A DNA stretch of 64,000 nt from Octopus sinensis (taxonomy: Eukaryota): assembly GCF_006345805.1 (NCBI RefSeq), contig NC_043001.1, positions 76,198,001 through 76,262,000 on the forward strand, written 5' to 3'. Both the position numbers and the translations under genes were made by a program. The notes under the pieces were generated by a model. It ran no database searches. It saw nothing but the letters and a program-made list of their open reading frames with translations, and was not told where the DNA came from. The number at the start of each line of letters is the position of its first letter. The stretch's first letter is position 1. This document shows, one piece after another, positions 62,501 to 64,000 of this stretch.

Positions 62501-63529
62501 TTCGAAAAGTGTCTTGGTGCGACTATGAAAGGTATCTAATCATAGGCGGTAAATTCGCCACAATAGAAGCAAGGTTCGAGTCAACGGAGCGTGCAAGGGA
62601 GTACTCGACTCGAACTTGCAAAGCGGAAATATTTTATTTTTACCTTTATATCTGGGACGTAGGACGTCCCGGAAAAAAAAAATTTTAAATGACCCTTCCG
62701 AAGTAGAGGTAGGCTGGATTGTAGCCACACTTCTATACAAGAGGGAGGACAAGATACAATTGATCAAAATTACAAGAGACGGACTAACAATTCCAGTCTG
62801 TTATATATTTTGAGTATTGTTATTACTAGCGATATCAAGATATAACTTTGTATATTTTGTATTTTATGTGTAGATGTATATATATATATAGATGTACATG
62901 TAATATATACACATATATATACACATATATACATGCACTAGCACTATGACCCGGCAACGACGGGTCTTTAATGCTAGTATATATATATATATTATTATTA
63001 TTATTATTATTATTATAATCTTTCTCCTATAAGGACAAGGACTGAACTTTCGAGATAGGAGACTAGTCAATTATATCGACCCCAGTGTTTCACTGGTACT
63101 TATTTTATCGACCCCGAAATGATGAATGGCAAACTCAACCTCAATGGAATTTGAAGTCAGAACGTAACGACGGGCGAAATACCGTTAAGCATTTTGCCCA
63201 GGGTACTAACGATTCTGCCAGCTCGCCGCCTTAGCTATTATAGACACAAACCTAGTAATTTTATGAGAAGGGGGATTGTCAATTACATTGACCCCAGTGC
63301 TCAATAATGATGAATAATAACTATGCTTTGTCTTAAATTTTTTTTCACTTTCTTTCTTTAGGCCTATGTAGTCGTGGTTATTTTGCTGATGATGGACTTG
63401 AGCCATGCCAACCTTGTCCAATTGGAACATATCAAACAGATATTGGGCGCACCAAATGTATCCCATGTGGTCGTTCTATAAAAACAAGAGGTGTCGCTTC
63501 CACCAGTTTTCAAGACTGCATCGTCAAAA
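875..63529 (+). CDS. SCUBE: SCUBE-family gene (partial; 14 coding exons, EGF3-9, spacer, two Cys-rich repeats)
   Basis: 14 GT-AG exons join in frame (1872 nt, 624 codons, no stops). Domain order and motifs match vertebrate SCUBE1/2 as recalled: [14 protein letters not shown] ~ LTCNYGNGGCQHSC; ITAEFEIE identical; [21 protein letters not shown] ~ SCUBE2 [28 protein letters not shown] identical. Confidence 0.92.
2136..2255 (+). CDS. SCUBE: SCUBE exon, EGF4
   Basis: ttcag|CCGAC...ATTC|gtaagt, 120 nt; [40 protein letters not shown]. Confidence 0.93.
3099..3540. mobile_element. ~440-bp interspersed repeat embedded between (ATT)n arrays
   Basis: Complex non-coding block flanked directly by (ATT)n at ~3036-3098 and ~3541-3632; recognised from memory as a common octopus repeat; class uncertain. 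Confidence 0.55.
3633..3920 (-). mobile_element. RTE-type LINE 3' end with (TAA)n tail
   Basis: Minus-strand translation [39 protein letters not shown] resembles an RTE-clade ORF C-terminus; followed by (TAA)n. Confidence 0.6.
4227..4438. mobile_element. MITE-like element with terminal inverted repeats
   Basis: cccggggtttctggcagaaat...atttcggccaggaaaccctggg, plus inner inverted caagctggtaaaaa / tttttaccagcttg. Confidence 0.7.
4603..4753. mobile_element. Short fold-back MITE (~50-bp arms)
   Basis: taagcattcaccgcgtattgactaaagaaaatagtctaatattggggcata versus its reverse complement at the right end. Confidence 0.7.
4771..5190 (-). mobile_element. R4/Dong-clade LINE 3' end with (TAA)n tail
   Basis: Minus strand reads [15 protein letters not shown] (typical RLE-element C-terminus LLGTARILRKVL), then 3' UTR, then (TAA)n at 4771-4830. 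Confidence 0.7.
5450..6830 (-). mobile_element. Degenerate A-rich retroelement-like coding remnant (Dong or Penelope N-terminal region; unassigned)
   Basis: Strong A/C skew on minus strand with K/N/I/T-rich broken frames; no diagnostic motif found. Confidence 0.3.
7244..7497. repeat. Loop-less 254-bp palindrome (127-bp arms)
   Basis: Centre caaccttttc|gaaaaggttg at 7370/7371; arms match through ccggtaaaatttccacttatttc and cccaga. Confidence 0.92.
7817..8195 (+). mobile_element. tRNA-derived SINE with internal microsatellite (family B; representative copy)
   Basis: Head ggcgcaggcgtagctgtgtggtgag...ggttcagtccc, internal (TG)n, tail ...gactgaaacaa. Other copies near 10610, 13020, 20775, 24480(-), 30945(-), 31850, 46650(-), 50250, 54495(-), 57655-59705. 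Confidence 0.85.
9324..9630. repeat. Long (TA)n microsatellite
   Basis: ~300 bp of imperfect TA repeat. Confidence 0.97.
9911..9973 (-). ncRNA. Type I hammerhead ribozyme (intact, antisense to SCUBE)
   Basis: tttgag CTGACGA aaga-[loop]-tctt GAAA cgt-tg-acg TA ctcaaa: stem I 6 bp, stem II 4 bp, stem III 4 bp with a 2-nt loop, canonical core, GUA site. Confidence 0.8.
10278..10337 (+). ncRNA. Type I hammerhead ribozyme (sense copy, 1-nt deletion in stem II)
   Basis: ttgag CTGACGA(10283-10289) aaga...tct GAAA(10319-10322) cgttgacg TA ctcaa. Confidence 0.7.
11461..11610. repeat. (GATA)n microsatellite
   Basis: ~37 near-perfect GATA units; another tract, as (CTAT)n, at ~12920-12990. Confidence 0.97.
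11770..11970 (-). mobile_element. tRNA-derived SINE family A (representative copy)
   Basis: Reverse complement ggcggcgagctggcagaaacgttagcacg...gagttcaaattcc...tcatcctttcgggatcgataa. Roughly 20 copies in the window (e.g. 1200, 14450, 16890, 28060-29400, 33656, 38050-38990, 49890, 53754, 63040). Confidence 0.85.
15264..15380 (+). CDS. SCUBE: SCUBE exon, EGF5 (absent from ORF track)
   Basis: aatag|TAACC...ATAG|gtaagt, 117 nt; [39 protein letters not shown]. Confidence 0.95.
18490..19640 (+). mobile_element. Highly degenerate R4/Dong-like LINE fragment
   Basis: Broken frames recall the 22.6-23.9 kb element: LESLVFAA (~ETEGLICAA) and RHNRVAA (~RHDNIAR). Confidence 0.5.
21504..21697 (+). pseudogene. 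RNU2 (pseudogene): Retroposed U2 snRNA copy
   Basis: ttctcggtcttttggctaagatcaaagtgtaatctgttcttatcagtttgatatctgatacg...ctggtattacagtacttccagg matches U2 along its length; 8-bp direct repeat aaagtgtc at 21496-21503 and 21698-21705; branch-recognition GUAGUA reduced to GUAA. Confidence 0.9.
21780..21945. repeat. GC-rich simple repeats including a 15-bp unit (GCGGTGGAAGCGGCG) about 5 times
   Basis: Directly visible tandem units; source of the (EAAAV)n and (PPPPL)n ORFs. Confidence 0.9.
22614..24002 (+). mobile_element. 5'-truncated R4/Dong-clade non-LTR retrotransposon with (TAA)n tail
   Basis: [53 protein letters not shown]...IIDIA (PD-(D/E)xK endonuclease), [16 protein letters not shown]; frameshifted; (TAA)n at ~23934-24002. 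Confidence 0.9.
25039..25155 (+). CDS. SCUBE: SCUBE exon, EGF6 (absent from ORF track)
   Basis: tttcag|CGTCC...TTAG|gttagt, 117 nt; [39 protein letters not shown]. Confidence 0.95.
26112..26346. mobile_element. Mariner-type MITE
   Basis: TIRs cgaggggatactgaaaagttcgtggcttt / aaagccaggaacttttcagcataccctcg; TA at the left end. Confidence 0.8.
27395..27990. mobile_element. piggyBac-like non-autonomous elements (nested)
   Basis: aaccctttt-type ends; duplicated ttttgttaccatatttctgtt and aagctggtgtttagaaca; inner unit ~27594-27783 ends aatgctaaagggtta. Confidence 0.5.
28097..28836. mobile_element. Non-autonomous DNA element splitting a family A SINE
   Basis: SINE head ends at ...gcacgcgggg (~28098) and resumes at gtcgggcgaaatgc (28837); insert ends gatcttttc...ttg / caa...gaaaagatccc. 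Confidence 0.6.
32500..34055 (+). mobile_element. 5'-truncated Tx1/L1-type LINE (3' ORF2 plus 3' UTR), interrupted by a SINE
   Basis: [24 protein letters not shown]; [16 protein letters not shown] (CCHC region); homologous to the minus-strand copy at 55-57.6 kb; 3' UTR ends aataaaaagaa. Confidence 0.8.
33656..33893 (-). mobile_element. Young full-length family A SINE with 17-bp TSD
   Basis: ttttccttttacatatt at 33639-33655 and 33894-33910. Confidence 0.9.
34056..34187. repeat. (ATC)n/(ATT)n microsatellite abutting the EGF7 acceptor
   Basis: Repeat runs up to tatcag|ATATT. Confidence 0.95.
34190..34312 (+). CDS. SCUBE: SCUBE exon, calcium-binding EGF7 (absent from ORF track)
   Basis: tatcag|ATATT...ACAG|gtaaga, 123 nt; [41 protein letters not shown]. 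Confidence 0.95.
35015..35131 (+). CDS. SCUBE: SCUBE exon, calcium-binding EGF8
   Basis: tccag|ATATA...GCAG|gtaagt, 117 nt; [39 protein letters not shown]. Confidence 0.95.
35720..35945. mobile_element. Mariner-type MITE with ~58-bp TIRs and TA at both ends
   Basis: ta-cgtggtctgatcagtaagtatccggactgtt...aaagcacg / cgtgcttt...acagtccggatacttattgatcaaacctcg-ta. Confidence 0.85.
36161..36367. mobile_element. Fold-back repeat (80-bp arms) carrying a variant hammerhead
   Basis: Arms 36161-36240 and 36287-36367 are reverse complements. Confidence 0.85.
36211..36259 (-). ncRNA. Hammerhead-like motif with G3:C8 swapped core
   Basis: gtca GTGAACA G gtcgc-ggtctcaaa-gcgac GAAA att TT tgac; the opposite arm preserves palindromic stem III (GAAA ATAT TT). 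Confidence 0.55.
36945..37250 (-). mobile_element. tRNA-derived SINE (Meta-domain-like) with 12-bp TSD
   Basis: A box tggcctagtgg, B box gggttcgaatc; cgttaccatagt at 36933-36944 and 37251-37262; related heads at 41566, 42821 and 45952. Confidence 0.8.
37575..37697 (+). CDS. SCUBE: SCUBE exon, calcium-binding EGF9
   Basis: tgcag|ATGTG...ATGA|gtacgt, 123 nt; [41 protein letters not shown]. Confidence 0.94.
39276..39491 (+). CDS. SCUBE: SCUBE exon, spacer part 1
   Basis: actag|GAGCA...TCCG|gtaagt, 216 nt; [37 protein letters not shown]...VVLPSCS, with Cys spacing like the SCUBE1 segment after EGF9. Confidence 0.9.
39712..40868 (+). mobile_element. Degenerate mariner transposon (DD34D family)
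   Basis: [50 protein letters not shown]; decayed TIRs; stops and frameshifts. Confidence 0.88.
42045..42149 (+). ncRNA. CpG-decayed type I hammerhead with branched stem II
   Basis: gacac CTGATGA(42050-42056) gac..cctgcat..atgcagg..gtc GAAA(42133-42136) tgattg TT gtgtt, followed by aataaa. Confidence 0.6.
42539..42661 (+). CDS. SCUBE: SCUBE exon, spacer part 2
   Basis: tttcag|ATGCT...CACA|gtaagt, 123 nt; [41 protein letters not shown]. Confidence 0.9.
42821..43198 (+). mobile_element. tRNA-derived SINE with (AAAC)n tail
   Basis: ggaggcgcaatggcccaatggttagggcagcggactcgcgg...ggtttcgatacc (A and B boxes). Confidence 0.8.
43505..43660 (+). CDS. SCUBE: SCUBE exon, spacer part 3
   Basis: gagcag|AGAAG...ACAG|gtaagt, 156 nt; [52 protein letters not shown]. 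Confidence 0.92.
43870..45320 (+). mobile_element. 5'-truncated Hero-clade (RLE) non-LTR retrotransposon
   Basis: 269-codon open frame with [23 protein letters not shown]...YTWRH, RPDLILW...[15 protein letters not shown]; 3' boundary approximate. Confidence 0.85.
47370..47740 (+). repeat. ~370-nt pyrimidine-rich low-complexity tract
   Basis: Almost entirely C/T on the plus strand; source of the S/L/F/P-rich ORFs. Confidence 0.9.
48329..48894 (-). mobile_element. Internally deleted mariner with perfect 30-bp TIRs and TA TSD
   Basis: ta-ttgggttgtccggaaagttcgtgccgattt...aaatcggcacgaactttccggacaacccaa-ta; [12 protein letters not shown] joined to [21 protein letters not shown]...NGSYLVD*. Confidence 0.95.
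49073..49175 (+). CDS. SCUBE: SCUBE exon, spacer part 4 (basic helix)
   Basis: ttacag|AATCT...TCAT|gtaagt, 103 nt, phase 1-2; [34 protein letters not shown]. Confidence 0.93.
49420..49680 (-). mobile_element. RTE-type LINE 3' fragment
   Basis: Minus strand [21 protein letters not shown] (RTE WxP.G.R..GRP..TW motif). Confidence 0.55.
51660..51935 (+). mobile_element. RTE-type LINE 3' fragment with (CAAG)-like tail
   Basis: [21 protein letters not shown] resembles an RTE ORF end. Confidence 0.5.
53754..53940 (+). mobile_element. Family A SINE inserted into an exon's polypyrimidine tract, 19-bp TSD
   Basis: aatatctatattttctttc at 53735-53753 and 53941-53959; acceptor AG at 53969-53970. Confidence 0.88.
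53971..54071 (+). CDS. SCUBE: SCUBE exon, spacer part 5
   Basis: ggcag|ATTTG...TGCA|gtgagt, 101 nt, phase 2-1, restoring phase after the previous exon; [34 protein letters not shown]. Confidence 0.9.
55020..57640 (-). mobile_element. Internally deleted Tx1/L1-type LINE (ORF1 to zinc knuckle fused to mid-RT)
   Basis: ORF1 ...[15 protein letters not shown] (CX2CX4HX4C with 2nd Cys as TGA), then [36 protein letters not shown], and the C-terminal region; no endonuclease domain between them. Confidence 0.85.
57847..58720 (+). mobile_element. 5'-truncated CR1-clade LINE with open frame
   Basis: [75 protein letters not shown]; no stop over ~260 codons. Confidence 0.9.
60790..60920. repeat. ~40-bp minisatellite, about 3 copies
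   Basis: ataacatgtaccaaacattcattaattgtgtgaaagcttg-like units. Confidence 0.8.
61291..61455 (+). CDS. SCUBE: SCUBE exon, Cys-rich (GCC2/GCC3-type) repeat 1
   Basis: tttag|TATCC...GCTG|gtaagt, 165 nt; [55 protein letters not shown]. Confidence 0.95.
61797..62977 (+). mobile_element. Non-autonomous Helitron
   Basis: A|TC...tataaaactgagaatg(TG)n(TCTG)n 5' end; 3' hairpin gacccg-gcaacga-cgggtc (62948-62966) then CTAG|T; ~140-bp internal tandem duplication at ~61852-62135. Confidence 0.85.
63362..63529 (+). CDS. SCUBE: SCUBE exon, Cys-rich repeat 2 (absent from ORF track)
   Basis: tttag|GCCTA...AAAA|gtaaga, 168 nt; [56 protein letters not shown]. Confidence 0.95.
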
Positions 63530-64000
63530 GTAAGACGGTCTCTTGTTTGTGTTTTATGTTTTTTGTTGTTGTTGTTGTTTTATGTCTGTTTGTTTTGTAT
63601 TACTGCTAATGTCTGAGTTTTAATGTTAGCCATTTTTACATCCGTTTGCTTGTTTGTGACCAGCAGTATTCCTGTTATTGTTATTGTTACTGTTATGGAT
63701 CCTCTTATTTGGGGACGGGTTGGCCCTGATTCAGCAGATAAAAGGATAAAGCTCCTTCTGGAGTCAAATAAGCTTATAGGGTTAGTTTCCCAGATTCTCT
63801 GGTGTATATACTCCTCACTGGACAGGAAGCTGTTCCGTCGCAAGATTACCGGCTGAGTGGACTGGAGCAATGTGAAATGAAGAACAAAACGCATCCCCTG
63901 GTTGAGGAATCAAAACCACAATCTTACAAGCATGAGACGCACCTCCACACTCTGACTCAGCAGACCTAAAATCAAAAGTGTTCCAGTTGTGACCATCACA

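Noticed and set aside
1-64000. CRISPR array or prokaryotic system
   Set aside because: No repeat-spacer array or operon-like gene density; this is a spliced eukaryotic locus.

Overview
AT-rich, microsatellite- and transposon-dense animal DNA. The SINE, MITE and microsatellite content resembles an octopus (coleoid cephalopod) genome; this is recognition from memory, not a database result. The whole window lies inside one + strand gene encoding a SCUBE-family secreted protein (Signal peptide-CUB-EGF). I assembled 14 GT-AG exons by eye (875-63529; 1872 nt, 624 codons, frame open across every junction). They encode EGF repeats 3-9, the basic spacer and two Cys-rich repeats. The signal peptide, EGF1-2, the third Cys-rich repeat and the CUB domain should lie outside the window. 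The ORF track misses most exons, and most listed ORFs are microsatellite artefacts. The introns hold R4/Dong-, Hero-, Tx1/L1-, CR1- and RTE-type LINE fragments, mariner relics and MITEs, a Helitron, dozens of tRNA-derived SINEs and a retroposed U2 snRNA lacking its branch-site recognition motif. The most unusual signal is a set of distinct hammerhead-ribozyme-shaped motifs of the Penelope-like terminal-repeat type, three of the four inside fold-back inverted repeats. One is canonical (9.9/10.3 kb), one has a compensatory G3:C8 core swap (36.2 kb), one is CpG-decayed with a branched stem II (42.1 kb), and one is a half-site at the centre of a 254-bp palindrome (7.4 kb). No CRISPR, rRNA or tRNA genes were seen.
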